Positions 46,901 to 59,480 are shown, counted from the first letter of the stretch. The stretch is DNA of 64,000 nucleotides from Ginglymostoma cirratum (GCA_024137785.1 JAHRHZ010000002.1:6266451-6330450), one strand, 5' to 3'. A program made the numbers and translations. Notes: generated by a model from the letters alone, not told the origin.

Positions 46901-49900
46901 ACAAAAAGAAGGACAAATCCAACCCAGCCAATTACTGATTCATCAGTCTACTCTCAAATCATCAGTAAAGTGACGGAAGGTGTCATCAACAAGTGCTATC
47001 GAGCAGCAGGTGTCCAGTTTGGGTTCTGCCAGGGGCACTCAGCTCCTGACCTCATTACAGCCTTGGTTCAAATATGGACAAAAGAGCTGAATTCCAGAGG
47101 TGAGGTGAGAATGACAACCCTTGACATCAAGGCTGCATTCGACCAAGCGTAGCATCAAGGAGCCCTAGCAAAACCGCAATCAATGGCTATCAGGGTGCAA
47201 ACTCTCCGGTGGTTGGAGTCATACCTGACACATAGGAAGATGATCGTGGTTGTTAGAGGTTAATCATCTCAGCTCCAAATCATCTTGGCAAGATTTCCTC
47301 AGGTAGTCTCCTTGGCCCAACCATTTTCAGCTGCTTCAATGACTTTCCATCCATCGTAAGGTCAGAAGTGGTGATGTTTGCTGATGACTGCACAATGTTA
47401 AGCAATAATCACGACTCCTCAGATACTGAAGCAGTCCACATTCAAATGCAACAAGATTTGAACAATATCCAAGCTTGGGCTGAAATGAGGCATGTGACAT
47501 TCACACCACACAAATGCCAGGCCATGACTATCACCAATGTGAGACAATCTAACCGCTGTCCCTTGACATTCAATGGTGTTACCATCACTGAATCCCCACT
47601 ATCAATATCCCAGGGGTTATCATTAGCCAGAAACTAAATTAGACTCGCCACATAAACACAGTGGCTACAAGAGCAGGTCAGAAGCTAGGAATACTGCAGC
47701 GAGTAACTCAGCTCCTGACTTCTCAAAGCCTGTCCACCATTTACAAGGCACAAAAGACTTGTGCGAATACTCCCGACTTGCCTGGGGTGGTGGACAATTA
47801 AACAATGACTGCAGCCCCAACAACACTCAAAAAGCTTGACACCATCCAGGACAAGGCAGTCCTTTCGATTGGCACGACATCCACTCCCTCCACCATCGAC
47901 ACTCAGTAGCAGCAATATGTACTATCTACAAAATGCACTGCAGAAATTCACCAAAGATCCTCAGAGAGCACCTTCCAAACCCATTTCCATCTAGAAGGAA
48001 AAGGGCAGCAGACATATGGGAACACCACCACCTTCAAGTTCCCTTCCAAGACACTCATCATCCTGACTTGGAAATATATCACTGTTCCTTCACTGTCACT
48101 GGGTCAAAATCCTGGAATTCCCTCCCTAATGGCATTGCGGGGTCGATCTACAGCCGGTGGACTGCAACAGTTCAAGAAGGCAGCTCAGCACTAGCTTCTC
48201 AAGGGCAACTAGGGACCGACAAGAAATGTTGGCCGGCTAGCAACGTCCACATCCCACAAATGGTTAAAAAAAAAAGGCCTCATAGGATGTATTCCTCTTG
48301 GATAGTCCATTTAGCGAGTGGAACTTACTCCCCCAGCCCCAATTGTTTGGAGACTGCTCATAAAAGCATCTCCTCTCTCTGACTGGGCCTGCTTCTGTTC
48401 CTCTTTCTCAGTGTTTTGCTGGAGGTCATAAACCTCAAGTCAGCAAACTCCTAAGCAATTATCTCCCTAGTAGCATGCATTTTGTTAGAAGCCACAAAAC
48501 TCCATGCAAGTGCTGGTTTTTACTGTGTTAAAAAGGATGGTGACGTTCAAAAAAGGTCTGATATTCTCAGACTTAAATCTACATTCCCTTGAGAACAAAG
48601 TCTCAAAAATAATATACGAACATTCATAGCACAAGGTTTTTGAAATAGCTCATGATTTAAAAAAAGTTCAGAAGATGACGGTGGGAATGACTGATCCTAC
48701 TCAGAAACTCTATTCCTTACAGAAAGCTTCAACCCAGTATCCCAGCGCGATGGCTCAGTGGTTAACACTGTGCCAGGAACCCAAGTTCCATTCCACCATG
48801 GGTCAAATTGTTTGTGTGGAGTTTACACATTCTCTCCGTGTCTACACGGGTTTCCTCCAGGTGCTCCAAAGAATTGCAGGTTAGGTAGCTTGCCTGTGCT
48901 AAATTGCCCAAAGTGTTTACTTGGCTTAGCCATGGGAAATGCAGGGTTACAGGGACAGAAAAGGGGGTGGGTCTGGGCAGGATGCTCTTTGGAAGATCGG
49001 TGTGGGGATTTCGTGTGGTCAGTAAGTTTGCAAATGATACCCAAATTGCAGATGTAGTTAGTACAACAGGATCCTGATCAGATGGGCCAATGCGCCGAGT
49101 GGCATATGGAGTTTAAATTTAGATAAATGTGAGATGTTGCATTTTGGAAAGGCAAGTCACAGCAAGACTTATATACTTAATGATAAGGTCATGGGGAGCG
49201 TTGCTGAACAAAAAGACTTTGCAGGTTCATAGTTCCTTGAAAAATGGAGTCACAGGTAGATAGGATAGTGAAGGCGGCATTTGGTACGCTTGCCTTTATT
49301 GGTCAGTGCATTGGGTATAGGGAGTCGCATTGCAGCTGTTCAGGACATTGGTTAGGCCACCATTAGAATACTGCATGTAATTCTGGTCTCCATGCTATAG
49401 GAAGGATGTTGTGAAACTTGAAAGGGTTCAGAAAAGATTTACAAGGATGCTGCCAGGGACAGAGTGAGAGCTACAGGGAGAGACTGAATAGGCTGGGGCT
49501 ATTTTCCCTGGAGCGTCAGAGGCTGAGGGGTAACTTCATAGAGGTTCATAAAATTATGAGGGACATAGATATGTTAAGTAGACAAGGTCTTTTTCCTGGG
49601 GTGGGGGAGTCCCTAGAGAGTAGAGGCTGAAGGAGAGAGGGGAAAGATGTAAACAGGACCTAAGGGGCATCTTTTTCACACAGAGGGTGGTGGTATGTAT
49701 GGAATGAGCTGCCAGAGGAAGTGGAGGAGGCTGGTACAATTACAACATTTAAGAGGCATCTGGATATGTGTACGAATAGGAAGGGTTTAGAGGGATAAGT
49801 GCCAAATTCTGGCAAATAGGACTAGATTAATTCAGGGTATCTAGTTGGCATAGGTGAGTTGGATCAAACGGTCTGTTTCCGTGCTGAACATCCCTACGAC

Positions 49901-52900
49901 CCTAAATCATTTGGTTGCTGGGTCATTAAGTTATGTTATTGGACAGTGAATGCAGATATACAGTGTATGGAGTAGATTATTGAAAGGTAACATTTTAAGC
50001 AATGCAGCCCAAATTAAGTCTAAGGAAATTGCTAATGCTGCGAGCTTCAGGTTTGTAGTTGACCAGAAACATTTAATAAAAAAAATTAAAATTCCAAACA
50101 AACTAGCTGGGGTAAACACTTACCAACATGAATTTACAAACAGGAACAGCAGTAGGCCATTAGGCCCCTTTACCCTTACCTGACAATTAATAAGGTGGTG
50201 GTTGATCTGATTACAATCTTAAATCCATGCTTACCCATGACAACATTTCATTCTCAATCCATATAAATGCCTTAGGTGTCTTAAAAATATTCAAGGACTC
50301 TGCTTCCACCACCTCATCAGGAACGGAGAGTTCCAAAACTCTCGACTTCACGATAAAAAAGAGTTTCTTCTCATCTCAGTTTCAAATGTGACCACTTATT
50401 TACTAACAGTAAGCCCTAATTCTGAGATCTGCCATAAGAAGTCTGCAGTATAAATGTTGTTGACTGTATTGTGCATTGTATCTCACTGACATTGATTCAA
50501 AAGGACAGTCAACTTGATCTTACCAGATGTCTGGTTCATCCCCTTCATTATTGTATGGAGATTCTCCTTTGCTATAGTTGAATGTGAATTTGCAATATCG
50601 GTGACAACGTTCCAAGTTTCCATGCCAAAAGAGTCTTCCATGAACTTCTGCCTGGGAATCATTCGCTGGATCTTTGTATCGTGATAATTAAGTTGAATTC
50701 CTTTCACAATTGCAATGTTCATCACGTCAGGAAAGTCATCAATGCCAGAGACTGCCATGTACAGCACTGTCAATGAATTAGAGTCTATAAAACAAATATA
50801 AAAAGGGGAAAGAGGCAGATTATCAGCCATGCACACTGACGACCATCAACGGTTTACCGACAGTGCCAATCTCCAATAATCAACCACTTCCTTGCACTGT
50901 CAGAATTCTGTCTGATATTAGAAACAAAATCATCTCAAACTGGGTCAGAATTAGACGACTGCAGTCTCTCAGAACAAGGGGAAAGCATGGAAACAGAGTG
51001 ACAAAGAAACCCAATTGATGTAGATGTGGGGTGGGTATTGGGTCGTAAATAGAAGATCTCAAATTTACAGTTATTACTTCAGATATTCTCACCTCTCTAA
51101 TTCAAAGATAATCTGGGACACCCTGGATCTGTGACTAACCTAGAACAGCAATGAGTTAAAGCTAACTTGAGGAAACCTTTGGAGAAAGACAGTGAGGTGA
51201 TCCTTCTCGTGAGGGAACATTTGGAGTTAGGAATTCAGGATAATCCAAGGGCAGGTCTGTGGTTTATCACCATAACCAGGAAGGGAACTGTGTCAGTGAA
51301 TCTGGATTGTTGGATCTCCACTATCCTTCAGAGCTGTTTAACTTTTTATGCATAGGCAGTCAAATACTGCTGGTGTGAGATAATCTGTCCTATTCAATCG
51401 TGAGGGCATCACTTCTGAACCTGGGGTGGGTTAAACACAAACTATCCTTCTCTCAGCAGTGTTTAGAAGACTTGAGACCAGGAATGAAGAAGTTGTTCCG
51501 TTTCTCTCAAATGATATTGTCATGGGCCAGACCAGAGTTCCTCAAAATATTTAACAAGGTAGTGCAAACTCTAACTTTTTCTTATTTTAAAAAGGTATAT
51601 GTGAAGTGTGTTCCAGATGCAATGCAATTGGTCAAATTACTGGATATTAAGCAAAACACAATTTGTTTACATACTATAATTAAAATACCAACAAAAGAAA
51701 GAGGAATTTAGAATAACTTAACTATTGGGGAACTTAACTGAACAATAGCTACAGTAACTATTGCTAATTAATTGTTCCAATACAGTAACATCCCATCAAC
51801 ACACCCCTTGGGGAAAAAGGGAAGTTCGGACACACAGATTCTTATATGCTGTTCTCCAAGCCAGGAGGAAAAACATTCAGTGAAATTTCAGAGAAAGTAG
51901 CAACTAGGAATCATTCACTGAAGCTCCCAACTTTGCTGAGACCCCAAACAGCTTCTGACTGCTGAAAAAAAAACAGAAATCCTGATCTGAGAGAGTTGGC
52001 CACACCCATTCAGGCTGTTTTAAAAACAAACCGAAGGCTTCACAAGTGTTTTACTCTCATGGTTCTGGTATACTGCTCCACACCACTACCTTTACAATTT
52101 CACTTTAAAGAAAAAGGAAAAAAAAAACCTTTTAAAGTGATAGCATCATCACAATATGAAAATTAAAACTGTCCATCTGAACCATCTTCAGCGTGCTCTG
52201 ACCTTCTCTGATCTCAGGGTTTCTACACCCTGCTGTTTGGAGACCTGGACACAAAGCCCATCACAGTCTTCCGTAAGACCATGAGAAACAGGAACAGGAG
52301 TAGACCAATTGACCCCTCAAGTTGCTCCAACATTCAACAGGATCCTGGCTGATCTGACATTCTTTATGTCCAATTTCTTGCCATTTCCTATAACCCCTGA
52401 TTTTCCAAAGAAATCAGGATTCTATCAATCGCAGTCTTAAAGATAAAATAACTCTACCCACCGCAGCTCTCTGTGGCAAGGAATTCCAGAGACTCACAAC
52501 ACTCAGAAGAAATGCTTTCTCAGCTCAACCCTAAATTGGAAGCCTTTATCCTGAGACAGACATCCTTAGACAACACCTTCCAAATCTATGACCATTTCCA
52601 TTCCTATCTGCAAGTTCCCTTCCAAATCACTCACAATTCTCACTTGGAAATACGCTGGCGTTCATTCACTGCTGCTGGGTCAAAATGCCAGATTCCCCTC
52701 TCTAACAGCATTGTGTCTACCCACTACAATACAAGGAGACAGGTCATCACCACCTTCTCAAGGGTAAGTACGTATAGGCAATAAATGCTGCCCAGTCAAT
52801 GATGCCCACATCCCATGGGAGAATAAAAATAACTATGTCCTGTGCTCCTAAACTCTCCCATGAGGGGAATCATCCTCTCAGGTCTGTTTCTAATGGACAG

Positions 52901-53019
52901 AGTGCACGCACGCAATTGAGTGACTGCAATAGAAAGAGAGGAATTGGAAGGCTGTTTTTGTACTTACCAGCATAGACCCATGGAAAACACAGGGAGATGG
53001 AGAAAACGATCAGCAACAT
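40881..53019 (-). CDS. Non-classical MHC class I heavy chain gene (5 coding exons, 984 nt, 327 aa); possibly a defective allele or young pseudogene because of the alpha3 acceptor lesion
   Basis: Exons of 52+261+276+279+116 nt are joined by phase-1 introns and encode leader, alpha1, alpha2, Ig-C1 alpha3 and TM with no internal stop or frameshift. All donors are GT; acceptors are AG except before alpha3 (GG). The shark lineage (UBA/UCA/UDA/UEA/UFA etc.) cannot be assigned without a phylogeny. Confidence 0.93.
41118..41396 (-). CDS. MHC class I alpha3 (Ig C1) exon
   Basis: Encodes VEPEVFIS...LSCLVSGFYPVEIVVTWLRNG...RPNHDGTFQIQKEI...YSCRIEHSSL...YQW, 279 nt, with G|GTATGT donor. The expected acceptor reads catgg rather than catag. 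Confidence 0.95.
41498..41773 (-). CDS. MHC class I alpha2 exon
   Basis: aag|GA acceptor and G|GTATGT donor, 276 nt. Encodes GIHLFQWISCAEITEDGSVKISMRFGYDGKDYI...TTEKWN...HLEEVFLEQLLLDLEVGKEYFERK, with H93, Q96, YDGKDY and T143/K146/W147. Confidence 0.95.
43424..44175 (-). mobile_element. Fragments of the same CR1/L2-group LINE 3' end, with a CR1 piece in between
   Basis: Reverse-complement similarity to 47740-48200. Confidence 0.65.
44520..44712 (-). mobile_element. Second tRNA-derived SINE family
   Basis: Minus-strand head GGCTCAGTTG..GGATG...GATGCCAACAG, short body. Confidence 0.5.
45076..48275 (+). mobile_element. CR1/L2-group LINE (EN + RT, frameshifted) with a tRNA-derived SINE-like 5' head and A-tail
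   Basis: A box TGACCTAGTGG (45085-45095) and B box GGTTCGAATCC (45148-45158). EN VPKLGEQFHRLVRQQP and DFNVHHQEWL; RT QFGFCQGHSAPD, LDIKAAFD and MFADDCT. A-run at about 48266-48275. Confidence 0.85.
48742..49030 (+). mobile_element. HE1-type SINE (degenerate)
   Basis: tggctcagtggttaacactg head and tgtgtggagtttacacattctc core. Confidence 0.8.
49065..49900 (+). mobile_element. CR1 LINE 3' end
   Basis: SYRERLNRLGLFSLERQRLRG and CR1 tail. Confidence 0.9.
50524..50784 (-). CDS. MHC class I alpha1 exon
   Basis: ttttatag|AC acceptor and G|GTAAGA donor, 261 nt. Encodes DSNSLTVLYMAVSGIDDFPDV...RMIPRQKFM...ETW...KENLHTIMKGMNQTSG, with conserved W60 and the N86 glycosylation site NQT. Confidence 0.93.
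51374..52153 (-). mobile_element. Solo LTR in MHC intron 1, same family as 4480-5324
   Basis: TGTGA...TCACA termini; shared blocks ttccagatgcaa..attggtcaaa and acaaaagaaaga.gaatt. Confidence 0.7.
52968..53019 (-). CDS. MHC class I leader (signal peptide) exon, coding part
   Basis: ATG at 53019 gives MLLIVFSISLCFPWVYA, then G|GTAAGT (phase-1 donor). Hydrophobic core ending V-Y-A, a signal peptidase-type site. Phase matches the alpha1 exon. Confidence 0.88.
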
Positions 53020-53974
53020 TCTGGAAATCCACTCTCCCTATTCCAATCAGAGACCAGGAATTAAACTCCGAGTGATAGGAAAACAACTGTATGTAAACCA
53101 GAGGAAAAAAAAACAACCCATTTTATTGGACTTTATTTTAACAAAACTTGAACTGTACAGCCAGGAGGGTGAATAATTGGTTAGGCTTAGAAAAAAAACC
53201 ATTTAAAGAGGAATAAACAGCAGACTGTCATCAGTTACCAGGAAGATCAAAGTCAGGCAGCTTTTGAGCTTCTGAGATGAACGCAGAGAATCCTGGAGAA
53301 ACTCTGCACGTCTGGCAGCAACTGTGCAGACAGAGTTAATATTTTGAGTCCAGAACAACTGTTTCTCATAAATAGGCCGATTGGGAAAAGGTGAAGTACA
53401 TTTAGTTACAAGCTGGCTCACAGGGAATGAATGGCTGCCTGGGTGCCGTTTAAAAATAAGGCCAAGACTTTTCGGTACAGGATGTACTATGCAGAGAAAA
53501 GACTTCCGGCCTGCATGCCCCAACCCCACCCACCAATATGCAAATTTGCCAATCTACTTGCACCTACCTAATTACTAAGCTGAGAGTCTCATGATCTCAA
53601 GAGACCACTTGCCCCAAAGGAAAAGCCACATCCAAAGGCAAACTTGATATCCAGAATGAAACATTTCATCTGAAGATTTGTGATAACAGACCTTATCTGC
53701 CAGCCCCAGAGCAAACGAAAAGGCACCAGTATCTCTGGTTCCACCCCAGCCCACTGTACGCCCAATTAACACTGACACTGGTCCTCCTTCTCCTCCGCAA
53801 CCTCGATACTGACTCTGGTTGGACCGGGGCTATACTAGAACAAATTACAGTCAGACACCACCATTGACATTGTGAATGATCACACAGAGAAATTCATTAA
53901 GCAGGAAGGAAGTGGTGCAGAAAATTGCTCAGCTGTACCCCACCCACACACACATACAAAGGAACTCAGCAAAG

Positions 53975-54300
53975 ATCTGAAACATGCAAAAACAAACTGA
54001 TGCAAAAACTCAGCAGAGCTGTAGAGAGAATTCAGAGCTAACATTTCGAGTACACCGACTCTTCTTCAGAACTGATAACAGCATAAATACCACCTTTTCC
54101 TAGCTGTCGGGCCGGTGGTGGGGGGTGGGGGGGGGGGGGTGGTGGGGGAGGAGAAAGAGAGGAGGAGGGGGAAGGGAGGGGGAAAGAGATGGGGTGGGGG
54201 GTGGGGAGGTGGGAGGGTGTGATTAAAGGGCAGGCAGACAAAGGGTTTGTTGCTAACAAGCCAGGGAGCAATCAAACCAGGGCAGAAAACATGCTTGATA
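53975..54300 (-). mobile_element. PLE 3' remnant with hammerhead-like core and G-rich tract
   Basis: Minus strand CTGAAGA-AGAGTCGGTGTACTC-GAAATGTT near 54040-54070; purine tract similar to 15620-15890. Confidence 0.6.
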
Positions 54301-54864
54301 AGTGATAATAGGGGTTATGAGTGGGTGAAAATTGTTATGCTAGTTTGAAAGCAACCTGAAACCTGAAAGCCAAAGAACTGATTTGACTAGTTATATTCCT
54401 GTCTTTTCACTTTCAGAAGGTATCATCAATAATACTGCAGAAGAACATTTACACAGCAATAACCTGCTCACTGATGCCTAGTTTTGAGTTCAGCCAAAGT
54501 TACTAATCTCAATGTCATGTTTGACTCAATGCGGACAAAAAACTGGTGCAGTACGAGCGACCGCACAGGCTTGTGTGAAGATCTATTAACCCCCCTCTCA
54601 CCAACAGAGCAGGCGACTACTACGACATGAACTTTACATGTCAGAGGTTCGGATGAACAGTGAACCCCTTCGTGTTAACAGGTGAGGGAAAGACCATCCT
54701 CACAGCGTGAACATACTGGTGTGTGTAAATGGGGTGGGCAACTGTATCCCTTGCCATGCACAGAATAGGCAATAGTGTGGCTAAGTTGATGAATTCCCAT
54801 CTTGAATGTATAATCCAATCCGTTCGCACTGTCCCCACATTTCCAGCAATTCTCCATAGTGTGG

Positions 54865-55810
54865 TCATTAGAACCATTGAGTTGTACAGCACGGAAACAG
54901 ATTCTTCCATATAACTCGTCCATGCCGACTCAATATCCTAAATTAATCTAGTCTCATTTGCCAGCATTTGATCTATATCCCCCTCAACCCTTCCTATTCA
55001 TATAAACATCCACATGCCTGTTAAATATATTCCATGCAATCTAACCTTGCTAACCAGTCTATCATGAGGAACCTTGTTGAACGCCTGACTGACGTCCGTA
55101 TAGATCACTTCCACCGCTCTGCCTTCATCGATCCTCTTCGTTACTTCTTAAAAAAAAAACTGCATTGAGGTTGAGAAAGATGAGCACATATAATTTATAG
55201 GGTGACAGAGTTTTTACAGCATAGAAGACCTCTTCAGCCCATTGTGTCCACATGGACCATCAACCATCTATTCTGATCCCATTTTCCAGCATTTGGATCA
55301 TAGCCTTGTATGCTATGGTGTTTCAAGTGCTCATTCAAATGCTTCTTGAATTTATTGGATCTATCATCTTTTTAGGTAGCGAGTTCCAGATACCCACCAC
55401 CATTTGGGTCAATGCTATTTTTCAAATTTTCTCAAGACTTCTTGTTCCTTACTTTAAAACTGTGCCTCCAGTTATTGACAACTCTACGGATGAGGAAAGT
55501 TCTATATCTATATCCTTCATAATTTTGTACACTTCAATCAGGTGCCCCCTTAGGCTTCTCCGCTCTAAGAAAAACATCCACTGCTCATCTCGTCCTCGTT
55601 CATAGCTGAATCACTCCACTCCAGGGAACATGCTAGTCAATCTCCTCTGCTCCCTCTCAAGTGCAAATCACAACCTTCCAAAAGTGTGGTAACAATTACT
55701 GTGCACAGCACTCCAGTTTGGAGCTAAACAACATTATATACAGCTCCACCAAAACTTCCTTGCTCTTGAATTCAGTGCCTTGACTATTAAAGGCAAGTAT
55801 TCCAAGTATC
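54865..55810 (-). mobile_element. CR1 LINE fragments
   Basis: CR1 tail and RT-region similarity. Confidence 0.7.
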
Positions 55811-56384
55811 ATTTTAATACCTAACACTAATTTCCAGTCCCTCACAATACTAATTTGTTCTTATTTTCACAGCCGCTGAGGCAGTCATTAATGGCTTTGT
55901 GCAGGGTCATTTAATTACTACAGCAGAGGGGAAACTTCAGTGTTTCAGACACAGTATTCCAGGTAAGATGGACAGAGATTTGGGAAATGACAACACATTC
56001 AAGTATTTTGGACAGAACAAGAAGGTTGGAGTCAGGTTGTAGTTTTCAGAGACAGAAGGGTCATTAGTTTTTTTTGTAGGACTGGAGTGACAACAATGCC
56101 AATTTTTGAAGAAAACAGGGACAGACATTTTAAAAAAAAAAAACAAAGCAGTGGTCAATATATAAGCTAAAACAGGGAAAGAATGTTTTACGAACAGCAA
56201 TGCACAAGAAGTAGTATCAAGGAAGCAGGAGGTGGGTCTCACAAGATAGATGCGCTGGCAGACAGCATGAGTGGAGAGATGACCTGGATGTACTCTAATA
56301 TTACACTTTAAGAATACCAGCCACTATAAATTTCCAGCACTATATACTGCAATGACAGAAAACCCAGTACTGAAATCTGCAGAC

Positions 56385-56732
56385 ATGGAATCCTTACAGT
56401 GTAGAAGCAGGCTATTTGAACCATCGAGTGCACACTGACCCTCCGAACAACAAGCCACCCAGACCCACACGACTACCCTATCCTTGTAACCCTGCATATC
56501 CCATGGCTAATCCAACTAGTCTGCACATTCCTGGACACTATGGCAATTTAGCATGGCCAACCTATCTAACATGCACATCTTTGGTTGTGGGAGAAAACCA
56601 GAGCACCCAGTGGAAACCATGCAGACGTGGGGAAAATGTGCAAACTGCACACAGACAGACAGATTGCCCAAGGCTGGAATCAAACTCGGATCCCTGGTGT
56701 TGTGAGGCAGCAGTGCTAACCACTATGCCACC
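56385..56732 (-). mobile_element. HE1-type SINE
   Basis: gtgaggcagcagtgctaaccac head (reverse complement) and HE1 core. Confidence 0.9.
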
Positions 56733-57299
56733 TAAGTTATCTATTTCCTTTTGAAGATTCCTTGTGTCATTTTCACAATTTATTCTGAGTTATCCTTGTT
56801 CACCATCCTAACAACTCCAAGATGATGAGAATGCTAAAATCAAAGCATTGATAATTTTAGATCTATTATTGAAATTCATTTGAAGTACTTACGGCTAGCT
56901 GCACTGTGAGGAAAAGTGTTCTTGGAGCAGTCAGGATCAAACAACAGTCAAGTCACGGCCACTGTGTCAAAACAAAGATGGAAACAGGAATAGCTGGAGT
57001 ACGGAAAGTGAGATACCATACAACAGAGTACAAAAACCCTCAAAGACCACCTCTCCCGACCATCACCTGAATCAATAGTCAATCCTCCATCTTCCAAATC
57101 TAAACAGCAGATCAGAAGAGATTAGGACAAACCTTACACTATGGTGTGCAGCATTTAATTATGCAATTTGACATCACATGCTGGACAATCCCAATTGTGT
57201 GAAGACATTTATGAATGACTAATTTAAAATAATCAGTAATATTTGCAGAGTGGCTCACTCACACACAACAGAATCCACATAAATTCAAATGCAAGGCCC

Positions 57300-58360
57300 T
57301 GTCATAGAGTCAGAGAGGAGAGAAACAGACCCTTCAGTCCAAACAGTCCACACCGAACGTAATCCGAAACTAAACTGGTACCACCCGCCTAATTCTGGCC
57401 CATATCCCTCCAAACTTTTTCTACTTCTATTTAGATAAGCGCCTTTTAAACATTGTAACTGTGCCCGCCTCCACCACTTCCTCAGGAAGTTAATTCTACA
57501 TGTGAACGACCCTCTGGGTAAAAAATTTGACCCCATGTCTTCTTTTTTTTAAAATTCTCCCTCCTCCCTGGTCTTGAAATCCCCGCTCCTAGGGGAAAAG
57601 ACACCTACCATTAACCCTACCTATAACCCTCATGATTTTATTAACTTCTGTGAGGTCACCCTCAACCTCCTAGGTTCCAGTGGAAAGAGTCCCACAATAT
57701 GCAGCCTTTCTTTATAACTCAAACCTTCCATGCCAGGCAAAATCCTGGTAAATCCCTTCTGAACCCTCTCTAGCTTATTAATAACCTTCCTGCAACACAG
57801 TGATCAGAACTGGACACGTACTCTAAAACAGATCGCAACAATATCCTGTACAACCGCAACATGACTTCCCAGCTCCTCACTCAAAAGGGCTGAGCAATGG
57901 AGGCAAGTGTGCTAAACACCTTTTTAACCATGCTGTCCATATGCGACACAAACCTCAAAGAATTATGTTCCTGAACCCAAAGGTTTCTCTGTTCTATATC
58001 ACTACCCAAGGCCCTACCATTTATTGTACAGTCCTTCACTGTTTGTTGTGCCAAAATGCAATATCTCTCATGTATCCAAACTGAACTCCATCTACCATTT
58101 TTCAGCCCATTGACCCATTTGATCAAAATTCCCTTTGTAATCCTAGAAAACCTTCTTCACTGTCTACTATGTCACCATTTTGGTGTCATGCGCAAACTTA
58201 CTAACCATGCTTTCTATATTCCTATCAAATCATTTTATAAGTGACAAACAAAATAAAAAAAGGTCCCAGAATCGATCAGTATGGAACTGCAGGTGACAGG
58301 CTTCCAGTCCATAAAGGAACCTTCTATGCCACACTGACTCCTGCCATTAAGCCAATTACC
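57300..58360 (-). mobile_element. CR1 LINE 3' fragment
   Basis: CTINGRALG peptide and CR1 tail. Confidence 0.88.
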
Positions 58361-59084
58361 TTTTCAAACAAAGCAAGTTGTGTACTAGACATTGTGCCCT
58401 TTTCAACTGAACAAATCCTTGGTTGGGGGGAACAATCATGCTTGATATAATCTCCATTGAAGTACCTGGATCAGTGTTAACCTGTTTCGGATGAATTTGA
58501 ACAAAACATGACAATTAACTGTTCTCTGGTGCATTCTCCATGGTATGACTCTACCGGAATCCATTTGCCAAGTAATCAGTACACTCATTCCACACAACAT
58601 ATACTGTTGTTCCCTCTGAGATTTGGTAGTTGTGTGACACTGTTTTAATGAGGGCAAATTGAAAAGCTTACCCAGAAAATGTCTTTCTTTTCAGTACAAC
58701 CAAGCAGCTATAAGTACCTTCATGTTAACAGAGCCATCTAGGACTAGATGGAACTAATTCAATTGCTCTTTCAAAGAGACAATACAAGTAATTGATGAGC
58801 AACATTACCTTCATCTGTATCATTCTCTGATTCAGTGTAATTTTGAGATCCAACCTATTGCCTGTCTGGTTGGGAGGAAGCAAAAGAGAGACAATGTCTC
58901 AGCTGAGCTGGCTCACCAGGCACTGTTGAAATTCACGGAATCTCAACAGGAGGACTAACTATCGTGCTGCATTTCTCCAACATTTCCTGTATTTGGCCCA
59001 GAGTTATTTCTTGTCTTGTTCTCTCCACTCCCAGGCCACCCCCCCACCCCCTCTCTTAGTCCTAATTCATGTGACTGCACAGAG

Positions 59085-59480
59085 ATGCAACTGCTCTACC
59101 CATGACAGCAGGAAATTACAGAAGGTTGTGTGCACAGCCCAGACCATCATGGAAGCCAATTTTCCATCCATGGGCTCTATTTACACGGCTCACTGATGCA
59201 GAAAGGTGGCCAACATCAAAGGCCCATCACACCCTGGTAATGACTTCCTACAACTTCTTCCATCAGGCAGAAGACACAAAAGACTGAACACACGCACGAG
59301 CAGGTTCAGGAACAGCTTCTTTCTGGCCATTATCAGACTGTTGAATGGACTCTAGCCTCAATTAATGTAACCTGCATTGTAACTTGTATGCCTGTAAGTC
59401 TTTTTGATCGGGACATCCTTTGCTTGCTGTGATCTGCCTGTACTGCTCGTGAACAAAGCTTTCCACTATATTTTGACACA
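59085..59480 (+). mobile_element. Rex1/Babar LINE 3' end
   Basis: RKLQKVVCTAQTIM...SHPG...LLPSGRR..RLNTRTSRFRNSFF..IIRLLN, ending in an ATCAA repeat. Confidence 0.8.

Noticed and set aside
53022-53050. Y-box-like CTGATTGG and kB-like GGATTTCC near the MHC ATG as an SXY/enhancer A promoter
   Set aside because: They lie within about 30 nt of the ATG and downstream of a strong splice acceptor; no correctly spaced X box or ISRE was seen.
54038-54275. Poly-proline ORFs and G-quadruplex-like tract
   Set aside because: Low-complexity purine tract belonging to a PLE remnant.
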